Shown: positions 42,182-52,588 of the stretch, piece after piece
How the letters are laid out: the number at the start of each line of letters is the position of its first letter
Position numbering within the stretch: the first letter of the stretch is position 1
Assembly (NCBI GenBank): GCA_977020255.1
Contig: CDROCS010000356.1
Span: 310,001-374,000, forward strand
Length of the DNA stretch: 64,000 bases
Direction: 5' to 3'
DNA from: Obrimoposthia wandeli
Taxonomy: Eukaryota
Made by a program: the position numbers and the translations under genes
The notes under the pieces: model-generated
What the model was told of the DNA's origin: nothing
Databases searched by the model: none
The model's input: the letters and a program-made list of their open reading frames with translations, nothing else

Positions 42182-42568
42182 ATGAATAATATACGATTTA
42201 AAAAATTAGATATGAGTAACGATACTGATAAAAAGATACTCTTAACATATTTTTTTAAAAAACTAGATACCAAAATAGATAAAGATGAGTTATTAACTAT
42301 GTCTTGTATTTGTTATGATTCAAAAGACAAACGACTTTATTCTCGTACGAAAAGATTTATAAATGAACTTGAGCCATATAAAGATAAAAAAATCTTAACA
42401 AAAGATCTTGATGAGACGCTCAAAAGAGCTGTAGGTGACTCTTTAAAAATACAAGAAGAGTTAGTTCAATGTGATTTTCGCACTAGTACTGGTATCGATT
42501 ATTTTTATATTGCAGTTATTGGAGTAGATTTTTTTCTAACAGAAACTGAGATGAGAAAAGAAGATTAA
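42182..42568 (+). CDS. Hypothetical protein
   Basis: 128 aa ORF; no recognised motif. Confidence 0.55.
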   Translation: MNNIRFKKLDMSNDTDKKILLTYFFKKLDTKIDKDELLTMSCICYDSKDKRLYSRTKRFINELEPYKDKKILTKDLDETLKRAVGDSLKIQEELVQCDFRTSTGIDYFYIAVIGVDFFLTETEMRKED

Positions 42569-42622
42569 TAAATAGATAAAAAATACCAAATATATTAATA
42601 TATTTGGTATTATAAATTTTTC

Positions 42623-43753
42623 TTAGAACGGATAATTCACATTTAAACGAACTTCTTTTGCATCTGAATCTTTTCCTGCTTCATCATAAAGAAGAGCTAC
42701 ATTAAGACCATCAACTGCTCCACTAAACGTATAATCAGTAGTTAAACTTGTATATGAGTACTTTTTAGTATCTTGATCATCAAGAACATAACTCATACCA
42801 ACATTTAAAGCTGGTGTTACCTTATAATCAACACCAATTTTATAAGCATCACTATTTGCAGAATAAGTATCTGATAAGATTACTGAACCAGAATAAGCAT
42901 AATCTGCTCCATTTCCTAATCCTGCATGTACATATTGATCTCCAGTTGTTGTATATGCTAAAACAACTGTTGCATCTTCAATAGAAACACTACCTTTTAG
43001 TCCAAATAGATCTGTTGAGTCAACACCTTCTTTTTCACTATAATAATACTGTGATGCCAATCCGAAAATATCTTTTTTAAATGAAGCTTCTAAATATGTA
43101 ACTTCCATAAGATCTTTTGCATTAAGATACGCTGCAGTAAGACTTACATTTTGAATAGAAGAGTTTTCTATAACAGCTGTATATGCACCATCTGCAACTT
43201 CACCTTGCCAAGTAAAATCTTTTGTAAATTTACCGATATCACCATTTCCATCTGTACGGTTTTGCATTTTTTGAACATAACCAATTGTTACTTTTGTATC
43301 TTGAATATCAGAATTAGTAACTAATGCACCTTCAAATGATTCTCTATTCATACGTGAACCAGATCCATAAATTAATGGAGTAGCAAAATACATACGCCCA
43401 ATCTGTGCATTAGTTTTTCCTAAAGCATAAGAAAGATAAAGTTCTGAAAGTTGAGAACCTGATCCATACATATCTCCATTAAATACTGTTTTTGCGTCAT
43501 CATCTATAAAAGGTGAAGATGAACTTTGAAAAGTAGCTTTTAAACCAAAATTATAGAAACTAGCTGTTTCATAACTTAAATCTAAACCAAAATTTGTGAT
43601 GTCAGCTTTTGTTCCTTTATCACGTTCCCAATAAGATGCTTGCACAGCTCCACTTACTTTTCCATTTTTAAATGCATCACTCAATGTATCTGAAGCAACT
43701 CCAGATGTACTTAAAACAATAATAGTCGCTAAACTAAGTTTTACTAATTTCAT
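42623..43753 (-). CDS. Outer-membrane porin (OprD/Opr-like)
   Basis: MKLVKLSL signal peptide; QIGRMYFATPL; ESFEGA; C-terminal EVRLNVNYPF. Confidence 0.8.
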   Translation of the reverse strand: MKLVKLSLATIIVLSTSGVASDTLSDAFKNGKVSGAVQASYWERDKGTKADITNFGLDLSYETASFYNFGLKATFQSSSSPFIDDDAKTVFNGDMYGSGSQLSELYLSYALGKTNAQIGRMYFATPLIYGSGSRMNRESFEGALVTNSDIQDTKVTIGYVQKMQNRTDGNGDIGKFTKDFTWQGEVADGAYTAVIENSSIQNVSLTAAYLNAKDLMEVTYLEASFKKDIFGLASQYYYSEKEGVDSTDLFGLKGSVSIEDATVVLAYTTTGDQYVHAGLGNGADYAYSGSVILSDTYSANSDAYKIGVDYKVTPALNVGMSYVLDDQDTKKYSYTSLTTDYTFSGAVDGLNVALLYDEAGKDSDAKEVRLNVNYPF

Positions 43754-43992
43754 TAAATATCCTTATGTATGTTATATTAATAATTTTTTTTATTCTAATT
43801 TGAACAAGAATTAATTCCAAAAGTATAGTACATTTAGACTTAATGAAAAACGAAATAAGTGATACAACTACCACAATGAAAAAATTTATTCCTTTCTACC
43901 TGTTTTTCTAAAGAAGATTTGAAGAAACACAATTATCTATCCATAATTTAGTTATAATATAATCTAATTAATTATAAATAAGAGGGAAGATT

Positions 43993-44136
43993 ATGTCAAA
44001 AACCTTTGAACTTCAAGATCAACTAAAAACGTTGCCTTTGACGAACTTACACGAAGCAGGAAAGAATTTCTTGGATTGGGTACAACCCATAGTGACAAGA
44101 GAAAATTTACATATAAAAAATCCACGGAAATTATGA
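43993..44136 (+). pseudogene. Possible N-terminal remnant of a choline/carnitine O-acyltransferase
   Basis: AGAGGGAAG SD; MSKTFELQDQLKTLPLTNLHEAGKNFLDWVQPIV resembles the TF..Q..LP.LP.P.L....YL..V.P start of that family (recalled similarity, not searched). Confidence 0.45.
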
Positions 44137-44137
44137 A

Positions 44138-46963
44138 ATGCAGAAAAAATTTAATTGGTTAATGAGTCAAAATGTTGCCCTTATGATGATAGCAGTATTT
44201 TTATGGATGCTGTATCCTCCTATTATAAATTATTTAATTGATAAAACAAGTGTTTTTTATGTATCTGCTTTCTCCCATTCTATAGGAGGACTCGCAACAC
44301 TTCTTCTTACCTATTATCTATTATTCATTAAAGATAAACTTAAATTTTCTTCTTTATTTTTAAACAAACATTTTAAAAAAGTATTACTTTATACCGGACT
44401 CGCTGGAATTTTTAGCTTTTCTAACCATTTATTACTTTATACAGCACTCAAAACATCGGTAGAATTTGATGTAATAGCAATATTAATTTTTGAAACATGG
44501 CCTATTCTTTTCTTTTTAATTGACAGTAAACTCCGAAAAGAAAAAAGAAAGACATCTATAAACGATTATGTATTTTTTGGTGCTGCTTTTACAGGTTTTA
44601 TTATATTAACAGTTCCAAACCTAGATCTTGCAGACCTATTTTTATTTAACAGTCCTATGTTAATTACAATTGCACTAGCCGGCCTTGGTGGTTTAGCAAT
44701 GTCTATAACTTGCTATTTTCGAATGAAAAACATGGATGTATGGAGTGAAATATCAATATCTGAAAATATTAATCTAAGCAGTTTTAAGCGTGGTCTCTTA
44801 ACTGAAGCAGGAGCAAGAAGTATCTCTGGTATTTTACTTGGAATTGCATTATATTTCTCTGGAGAGCAAATACCTTTTCCCGAATCAACCACTCTAATAT
44901 TACTTTTATTTGTTGGTATTTTTATTTTAGCACTGGGAGGTGTACTTTATGATTTATCTGTCTTTAATTCAAAAAATGCTGCAATTGGGGCATTATGGTA
45001 TTTAATGCCCGTCGGTGCAGTCTTAATTCTTGCTATTATGCAAGGAAGATTACTAAATCAGTATGAAGCAGTAGCTTCTGTACTAATTGTTTCATCTAAT
45101 ATATTTTTAGCATTACGTTATCCTATACGTTCTTCTATCCTTTTACTATTTATTTCGGTATGTTCTATAGGTATTTGGATTCTGTTCGTACCCATTTCTC
45201 CAATAAATGATTATTATAGTTTACTATCTGTCTCAACAATTTTCTTTGTCTTATTAGCAACATTTGCATTAGAACGAGCGACCTCATTAAATCATGAAAG
45301 GGAAAGCCTACTCGGTGAATTTAAGGAACAAGTAGTTAGTCTTTCGGAATCGTTATCTAATAGTAAGAAAAATAACAATTATCATTTATATATTCGAGAA
45401 ATTAGAGAATATACTTTTTTAAACTTGCATAGTTTTGTACGCGCGTTTAAATCTATTTTACAATTACGTAAGATTCATGATAGAGTTGATAATTTAAAAT
45501 ATTCTATATTATCATCATTGAAAGAAAACAATCAAGCACAAGACCAATTACTAAAACTATTTAAAACAGGGGATAAACTACAGACGATGGAAAGTGATAG
45601 AATACCTCCTGAAGAGTTTGTTATTCTTATTTTTCTTGGTACAGCAAATATCTTTTTTTCATTAGTATTTAGACCGGATACACTTTCCTCTAGTCTATTT
45701 GCATTAATTGTTAGTGCATCCATCATTTACCTACTTTTGATTATTCTTGAACGAGATAAAAATATGCAAATCAGATATGATATTGTCCTGAATATTAGAA
45801 GCTTAATCGATTATGTAAAGGGAAATAAAAAAATTGAATCTACCCAAGTAATAGAAGAAGAAATTAATGTTGTACTTATAGAAAAATCTTCCATACAAAA
45901 AACACGAACTAATATGTATTGGATTTTTAGTATTTTTGCAATTCTTTTTATAGGTTTTGGTTATTCTTTTCTTGTTACATCATTAAAACAAAATTATCTC
46001 CTAGAAAACTCGCCATTTATATCAACTCCTTCTATAAAAAATAAACAAATAGGTGTTGCGTTGTTGGATTGGCCCAGTGCGCAAATTAAAGCTCATATCC
46101 TAACTCAAATTATTAATCAACACACTAACTTGAATGCATCAATGGTTCCTAGCTCTAGCAAGTCAGCTTTCCAGGAAATGGATGATAGCAATGGCAATGT
46201 GGATATCTATCCAGAATTATGGATGAAAAATAATCATAAGTTAATTCGTCGTTACATTAAAGCATTTGGTACTATTAGTTTGGGGGAAAATTCTGTTAAT
46301 GGTTATGAAGGACTTTGTTATACTCAATTTGAAAAAAAAGAACTAAACTTATTAACTATTGCACATCTTTCATCACCATCAATTGCAGCAAAGTTTGATT
46401 TGACAGGTAAGGGGAAAGGAGATATTTGGATTGGGTCAAATGATTGGGATTCAACTAGAATTGAGAAACGAAGACTTACTGCTTACGGATTAAACAATTA
46501 CTATAATTTTAATGTTTTTGATTCCCGAATATTAAAAATGTTGCTACAACGTAACAATCATAAAGAAATACAAAGTTTATTCTTTTGTTATTACCCAAGT
46601 GATATTTTCATGAGTAAAAATGTTCATTTTATTAATGATTCTGAACATAATAAAGAAACTTGGACGGATATTATTAATAATAAAGATAATAATTTTCCTA
46701 AAAAAGGTACTTCATGGCCACCAACTAAAATTAAAGTAGCATATCGTAGTAGCCTATTTGATCGAGAAATTGAATTAAAAATGTTATTAAATAATTTTTC
46801 TATTAATAATAAAGACCTAGTCAATATGCTAGGAATGATTAAAAACGGCATGTCAATAGAAAAAATATCCGCAGAATGGGTAAAGAACAATAATGAAATA
46901 ATTTTAGAATGGTTAACGGGATTCAAATTATCAGATAAAACAAATTCTTCTGCTAATTTGTAA
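44138..46963 (+). CDS. Fusion protein: DMT/EamA-like membrane domain, further TM region, C-terminal glycine-betaine/OpuAC-like binding domain
   Basis: About 10 TM segments in the first ~330 aa (IFETWP, LWYLMPVGA); C-terminal DWPSAQ, DIYPELW, GYEGL, FDLTGKGKGDIWIG, FFCYYP. Confidence 0.7.
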   Translation: MQKKFNWLMSQNVALMMIAVFLWMLYPPIINYLIDKTSVFYVSAFSHSIGGLATLLLTYYLLFIKDKLKFSSLFLNKHFKKVLLYTGLAGIFSFSNHLLLYTALKTSVEFDVIAILIFETWPILFFLIDSKLRKEKRKTSINDYVFFGAAFTGFIILTVPNLDLADLFLFNSPMLITIALAGLGGLAMSITCYFRMKNMDVWSEISISENINLSSFKRGLLTEAGARSISGILLGIALYFSGEQIPFPESTTLILLLFVGIFILALGGVLYDLSVFNSKNAAIGALWYLMPVGAVLILAIMQGRLLNQYEAVASVLIVSSNIFLALRYPIRSSILLLFISVCSIGIWILFVPISPINDYYSLLSVSTIFFVLLATFALERATSLNHERESLLGEFKEQVVSLSESLSNSKKNNNYHLYIREIREYTFLNLHSFVRAFKSILQLRKIHDRVDNLKYSILSSLKENNQAQDQLLKLFKTGDKLQTMESDRIPPEEFVILIFLGTANIFFSLVFRPDTLSSSLFALIVSASIIYLLLIILERDKNMQIRYDIVLNIRSLIDYVKGNKKIESTQVIEEEINVVLIEKSSIQKTRTNMYWIFSIFAILFIGFGYSFLVTSLKQNYLLENSPFISTPSIKNKQIGVALLDWPSAQIKAHILTQIINQHTNLNASMVPSSSKSAFQEMDDSNGNVDIYPELWMKNNHKLIRRYIKAFGTISLGENSVNGYEGLCYTQFEKKELNLLTIAHLSSPSIAAKFDLTGKGKGDIWIGSNDWDSTRIEKRRLTAYGLNNYYNFNVFDSRILKMLLQRNNHKEIQSLFFCYYPSDIFMSKNVHFINDSEHNKETWTDIINNKDNNFPKKGTSWPPTKIKVAYRSSLFDREIELKMLLNNFSINNKDLVNMLGMIKNGMSIEKISAEWVKNNNEIILEWLTGFKLSDKTNSSANL

Positions 46964-47491
46964 TTACGAATTATTTACCACAGTAAGAACTTTTACTTGC
47001 CAGAAAATTTTATACATATTTATTTGTGTTCAATTTAATAATACTATTATTTTAGTAATCCCCACTAGATATAGAGAATATGTACTGTAATTATTGTCTA
47101 TATTATCTTTCATATAATGAAACTCTCTTACATATTATTATGTCCCAATTTTCTTTGAAACTTCTTTCATAAACTGGTAACTCTTTTTCTATTAATTTTT
47201 TATCCCACTCAACGTTTAAACTTTTATTCGAATAACTTACTTAAGTAGGATTCAATTCCGTTTTATAAATACTGTATCCATTGGTGTATTGACCACTTTT
47301 ATTTTCAATATTGCTTTCTGTCATTCCTAGCTCCCGTTATATACCTGAATTTTATATTAATATTATACATTAATTAATCATTTAATTTATGATAAATAAA
47401 ATAAAAAAAATTATTTAATTAATTTGGGGGAAATTCAGGACAAAAACAAGGAGTTGAAGGAATGAAGTATTATTTATAAAATTGTTTAATA

Positions 47492-47530
47492 ATAACTACA
47501 ATTAATTATCTTGTAGTTAATTGTAGTTAT
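47492..47530. repeat. Dispersed palindrome, copy 4 (variant with paired arm changes)
   Basis: ATAACTACAATTAA-TTATCTTGTAG-TTAATTGTAGTTAT; perfect 14 bp arms. Confidence 0.75.
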
Positions 47531-47545
47531 AGAGAATTAATATAT

Positions 47546-47581
47546 AAAAAGGGGGAAATTCAAATGAACTTCCCCCTTTTT
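47546..47581 (-). terminator. Intrinsic terminator after the small HTH gene
   Basis: AAAAAGGGGGAA / TTCCCCCTTTTT. Confidence 0.8.
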
Positions 47582-47597
47582 GGTGTAAAAAACTAAA

Positions 47598-47831
47598 TTA
47601 CGAAACTTTTTTATTTACTTCTAGTTCAATTCTTTCTTCTAACTTTTGTTTTTGGTCTATTAAAAACATAATATTTTCTTTAAGTGCTTTTCTGTCTTGA
47701 TAAGACTCAATTATAAATTCATATAACTTTGGTCTATTTTGTTTCCAATTATGCAATGTAGTTTTGTTTACTTCTAAATCGCTTTCCATTTTTCTTAAAC
47801 TTGGTGTTTTTTGTACTTGAGGTGCTGTCAT
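47598..47831 (-). CDS. Small HTH protein with coiled-coil tail (likely start MTAPQ at 47831)
   Basis: SLRKMESDLEVNKTTLHNWKQNRP; AGGGA SD before the ATG at 47831. Confidence 0.65.
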   Translation of the reverse strand: MTAPQVQKTPSLRKMESDLEVNKTTLHNWKQNRPKLYEFIIESYQDRKALKENIMFLIDQKQKLEERIELEVNKKVS

Positions 47832-47900
47832 TTTAATCCCTGAATTAATTTGTTCGAGATTGTACATATAAATGGAACAAAAGTCAAGGTTTATTATATT

Positions 47901-47923
47901 TTTGTTCCATATAATGGAACAAA
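47901..47923. promoter_or_regulatory. Perfect palindromic operator in the divergent region
   Basis: TTTGTTCCAT-ATA-ATGGAACAAA, plus an extra half-site ATGGAACAA at 47872-47880. Confidence 0.65.
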
Positions 47924-48078
47924 TTGTAAAATACTAATATTAATTCTTTCTAATAACCAAAAGTTTCAATTAATGATACAAATAATTACGATGAGATAAA
48001 TTAATTAACAAAACGCAATGTTTTTAAGGGAAATGTAAATTTGTTGCTAAAATTCCTTATATAAAAAAGGAATTTATA

Positions 48079-48819
48079 ATGGCAACTTATATAGGAAAGT
48101 GTCTTTATTGTGAAGATGGAACTGTTGAATACGAATCTAAGCAAGTCAGAGGCAAGAAAACTAAAGTTTATTGCTGTAGTAACAATAAAGTAACTACTAA
48201 TGATGATGGAGATACTTGGGAGCCAACAACTGATTCAACTTGCTCATGGAAATTGTTTGGATCAAATTTAGAGAGATGGGGTAAAAAATTTATCGGTCCA
48301 AAAGAAGTTAAAAAACTTTTGGCAGGAGATGAAGTAATTGCGCATATGTACAGCTATACTAAAAAAGTAGAATATAAAAAATATTTAACAATATCAGAAG
48401 AATATGGAGTTTCGGTTCTTTGGGAAATGGATGTAGAGGAAGATGAAGATGAGGAAACTACCGAAAAGAAACCTTATAAAAAAGCATATCCGAAAAAAGA
48501 ATATCCAAAGAAGAAAAAACTTGAACTAGAAGAAGAAACAGAATACACTCCAATTGTTGCGCCTATTAAAAAAGAACCTGTAAAAAAAGTATTTGTAAAA
48601 AATAGAACTCAGAAGAAAAAGAGTACTGAAAATACATTTAGCAAAGAAGATATGGATTCATTGGTATTATGCAAAGATACTTCAAATGAATTATCTAGTC
48701 AGCCTATCTTTAATAAAAAGCATGTACAGGAAAAGACTGAAAAAGAATTTGTAAAGAGAGTATTTGTTAAACCTGTTTTTGTAAATAAAAAGTATACAGA
48801 TGTGGGAGCAGCATTTTAA
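48079..48819 (+). CDS. Zn-ribbon protein resembling topoisomerase C-terminal modules, with a low-complexity Lys/Glu tail
   Basis: IGKCLYCEDG, VYCCSN, CSWKLF, EEYGVSVLW; family assignment recalled, not searched. Confidence 0.5.
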   Translation: MATYIGKCLYCEDGTVEYESKQVRGKKTKVYCCSNNKVTTNDDGDTWEPTTDSTCSWKLFGSNLERWGKKFIGPKEVKKLLAGDEVIAHMYSYTKKVEYKKYLTISEEYGVSVLWEMDVEEDEDEETTEKKPYKKAYPKKEYPKKKKLELEEETEYTPIVAPIKKEPVKKVFVKNRTQKKKSTENTFSKEDMDSLVLCKDTSNELSSQPIFNKKHVQEKTEKEFVKRVFVKPVFVNKKYTDVGAAF

Positions 48820-48884
48820 GAGAGGATAGAATATTAAATTTTATCTCTAATTAGGGTCTTAAAAAGGTAGTTCATACAGTGTCC

Positions 48885-48911
48885 CTAACTCATCGGTAAT
48901 GTTATAGTAAA
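48885..48911 (-). pseudogene. Displaced original C-terminus of the histidine kinase; contains the left att core GTTATAGT (48901-48908)
   Basis: Minus strand reads TTT ACT ATA ACA TTA CCG ATG AGT TAG = FTITLPMS*, matching FTITLPLS* at 59352-59378. Confidence 0.8.
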
Positions 48912-49004
48912 TTACATCATTTTATATGATAAAACATTAATACACCTTATATAACAGCTTCTTTCAAAATAAACAATTTTCCAAATTAAAAAACAGAGAT
49001 AAAT

Positions 49005-49024
49005 TTGGAACAATTTTGGCACAA
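49005..49024. repeat. Putative integrase arm-type sites, left end
   Basis: TTGGAACAA and TTGGCACAA, 11 bp period. Confidence 0.7.
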
Positions 49025-49058
49025 TATTATCTTAATAATAAAGGATATATTATGCAAT

Positions 49059-52000
49059 TTACTTGATTTCTATTATATCAAAGAGTTTTTCAATATTTTC
49101 ATCAAAATGACTTATTGTAGGTAAAACTTTTTTTGGATATAATACTTTAAATTTATTATTATGATATTGTATTATTTTATCTAATAATCCATAACTATCT
49201 GCTATTTTAATTAATTTTTTCTCTTCCTCTAATAAATTTGAAATATCATGTTCTTTCATGAAAGTGATTAAGTTATTTGTATATGTTTCATTTAGAACAA
49301 ACTTATAGTTTTTTCTATGTAATTCTATTGCTAAACTTTTGTACTCTTTAGATGATAACAATTCTCTTAAAAGAGCCATTGAATTACTGATAAAAATATG
49401 ATTAAATTTCATTGTTTTAAACAACATGTCAAAAATATTATTTTCTGAAATAATTTGATAGTTATGATTAATACAATATGCTAAAGCTAGATACTCTTGA
49501 GTTCCTATATGTGGTGCTAAATGAGAGTATGCTTCTTTTATTGGTAAATTTTCTGAAGTATCATCAATTATTATACATTTTAAAATACTATTAATTATAT
49601 TCAATATTGAATTTTTAAATTTATCTGCTTGTTTAATACTGTCATCAGTATAAGGAATAAATTTATGTCCTGTTTCATCTAAGTATGTAAAATCTCGTGG
49701 CATCTTGGTATAGTCAATTTTAAGAGAATAATCTTTTAGCCAATTGATTAATGTTTGTTGAATTACTATATCGTCTCTTTTTAAAACATCATCTAATTTA
49801 CCAATTTTATGTAAAAAAACAATAGATGAAAGTGTTAAAATCTTTTTTCGTTCATTTGGTAGATAATTTATAGATAAACTATTAAAATTGATATTTTGAG
49901 TATTCAATAAATATGGTATTAAAGTAAAATAATTTTTATAGTCTTTATTTGCTAAAGCGTATAACCCTTGAAATTTATTATCATTATATCTTTGAAATAA
50001 ATCTTTTGTATGATTACTTTGATTATCCATAAAATTAAATAATTCAGAAAATGGTTCATCACTATTTTCATCAATCTTTATAGGAATCATATTTGGATTT
50101 TCACATCTAAAGGCAAAAGGTCCAGTAATTCTATGAAATAAAGATTCTTCTTTATATTTATCATCTTGTTTTTTTAAAAAATACTCATTGTCATCAATAG
50201 AAATAAATCCAAAATTATTTGCATTACCTTGTAAAATATTATAATTATCTATAATATAAGTTTTTCCATCGTCTACTAAGCATAAATTAGTACTATAAAG
50301 AAATATATCTTTGTAGTTTGATAATCCAAATTGTGTCTGAGTATATATAGTTGAAAACTCAATTTTAAAGTTATTTTCTAAGTTTTGAATATCTAAATTT
50401 AATAATTTTTGATTAACTATTGGTAATATTTGTCTTGTATCTTTTAAAATGTGTATAGAATACATTAGTATAGTAATTAAATTATCAAAAGTTAAATTTT
50501 CTTTTTCAGCAATTAGTGAATTGAAAATTTCTTGTTGCTTATCATTTTCAATAATTTTATGAGATTTATTATAATAGTCCCAAATCACTTGTAACATTAC
50601 AATCATAATTTCAGTATTTGGATTTTCTTTATATTCTAAATAGTAGTAATCAAATGCAATTTCTGGTTTATCGTGTTTTACATAGATATTTCCAATTATA
50701 GCACTATAGTCATATTTATTATCAATACTATTTATGAAGTATTCAAAATCTTTAAAATATAAATCCTTATCTTCAAAACATATTTTTAAAGTGTCAAATA
50801 TTATTGTATTAAATATATTTTGTTTACTTAGTGCTAAATCAATATATTCTTTTCTCTTGCCTAGTTTATTTAGTAATTTGATTACATCAAAAGTCTTAGC
50901 TTGCATAGTATTATCGGCTAAACTTAATTCTATAAGTTTTTGAATATCTTCATCTGAAATTTGGTTTCTTTCATAATAGGATTGTTCTATAAAGGATAAT
51001 AAAGTTTCTAAATCATTGTATTTATTAGTTTTTAAATATTCTATTATTTCTTTTTTAATTACATCATTAAGAAATATTTTACCTTTAATGTAGCTATACA
51101 TAATGAAACTATGTTCATATACAAATTCATTATTCTGTTCTAAAAAAGTTACGATTTCTTTGATATCTTTTTTTGAATTAGTGAAAATGAAATTACAATA
51201 AAAAAGTAAATCATTTAACTGATAATTTTTTAAAATACGTTCTTTGATTTTTTTATGTTCAAAATCAATATTTTTAATACTACAATATTGGACATATTCT
51301 TTTATATCTAATCTTGCTTTATTATCTTCATAAAACTTATAATAATCATCTTCGAGTCCAAGATATATAAGTATTTGAATATAACTTTCAATTGTAATAT
51401 TTATATACTCATTATTAAAATATTCTTTATTTTCAAGGACAACATCTAATGATTTTTTATATTCTTTAACATTAAACAACAAATCTTTTTTAGGTATTTT
51501 ATTTAATGTATTCATATTAAGTATATAAGTAGCATAAAATCCTTGAACTTGTAACTTATCAAGAAAACTTAAATTGTCTTTATCAATTGCTTCTTTATAA
51601 TACATATCTGCACAGTTAAATATTTCAATATCGTTTTTTGTATATTCATATAAATTAGAATAAATATGCCCACCAATTAATAATAGATGCTTTCTATATA
51701 TTGTGTTTTTTATCTCTTCTACAAATATTTCTTTTGCTTTATTTAAATCTCCACTATTTAAATAAAATGCAATATCAAAGTGCCCTTGTGGTTTACTATT
51801 CGGTGTATCAATTCTTATCTGTTTTGATAATTCAAAAAACTCTTTATTTTTATTAAAAGCTATTAATGTTAATTTAAATTCTTGAAATTTAGTACTATTA
51901 TCTTTTTTTAATTCATTGCTATATTTATTTTCAATTAGTTCAATTAATTCTTCAAACTCATCCATTTTTCTGAACTGTAGTAAAAAACTTATTTTTAAAA

Positions 52001-52217
52001 GTAATAATTAATATTTTATAGTTTTTAATGCTTCACTATTATTATCTTCAATTAATGAATTTAAGTCGCTAATTGCTTGCTTAAAATTACCATCAAAGAA
52101 ATCTTTTTCTACTCTTTTAATAGATACATCAATTTTCGGATTAATTGAAATATTGTTAGTTTGGGTATTATTTCCAAAGTGAATGAAATTTTTTATACTA
52201 TTAAACATTTTAATCAT
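49059..52217 (-). pseudogene. Large helical-repeat protein with C-terminal PIN-like domain (~1052 aa), split by an in-frame TAA at 52008-52010
   Basis: KTIKY*LLLLKISFLLQFRKMDEF is one continuous frame; C-terminal KKILTLSSIVFLHKIGKLDDVLKRDDIVIQQT and EYLALAYC..IISEN are PIN-like. Confidence 0.65.
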
Positions 52218-52381
52218 TGACTGCTATCATTGTTTTGATTTACATTACCAATTGAAAATATTGAAAAAAACTTATTTACTTGCTTATTGTCTTTTGTAAT
52301 TCTACAAATACCAACACCTAAAATAAAACTCAGTATAAATCCTATTATACTAGCCCAGCTACCTATATCTGATAATGACAT
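52214..52381 (-). CDS. Small single-TM protein, 55 aa, translationally coupled to the PIN-like gene
   Basis: MSLSDIGSWASIIGFILSFILGVGICRITK...; AAGGA SD; its TGA overlaps the ATG at 52217 (ATGA). Confidence 0.65.
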   Translation of the reverse strand: MSLSDIGSWASIIGFILSFILGVGICRITKDNKQVNKFFSIFSIGNVNQNNDSSQ

Positions 52382-52588
52382 ATTTATATTTTCCTTTTTT
52401 GTAAAAATAACTTAACTTACCAGTTTTAAATATAGTAAAGTATTAATATATATTATTTCTTTTATAATTAAAACAACATAAATAAAGGTAGTAAAAATAT
52501 AATAAATGTATATTTTAAAGTACTAAAGAATTCTATAGAATCCTATGATATTTATATTGATACACAACAAAATACAAATTATAGAAAT

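Noticed and set aside
42582-42612. Palindrome AATACCAAATATATTAATATATTTGGTATT
   Set aside because: Single copy between convergent genes; an ordinary terminator-like hairpin unrelated to the dispersed repeat
47090-47324. Minus-strand ORF remnant starting MTESNIENKSG
   Set aside because: Several in-frame stops and no recognisable family; at most a decayed fragment
19522-47530. Palindromic repeats as a CRISPR array or integron attC sites
   Set aside because: They are dispersed and irregularly spaced, with no spacers, cas genes or integron integrase, and no RYYYAAC/GTTRRRY ends
47872-47923. TGGAACAA motifs as integrase arm sites that would extend the element leftwards
   Set aside because: They form a palindrome rather than 11 bp tandem repeats and lie about 1 kb outside the att core defined by the displaced kinase end
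48841-48900. Possible structured RNA or tRNA-like att site left of the element
   Set aside because: No cloverleaf or CCA; the sequence is explained by the displaced kinase end and its downstream DNA
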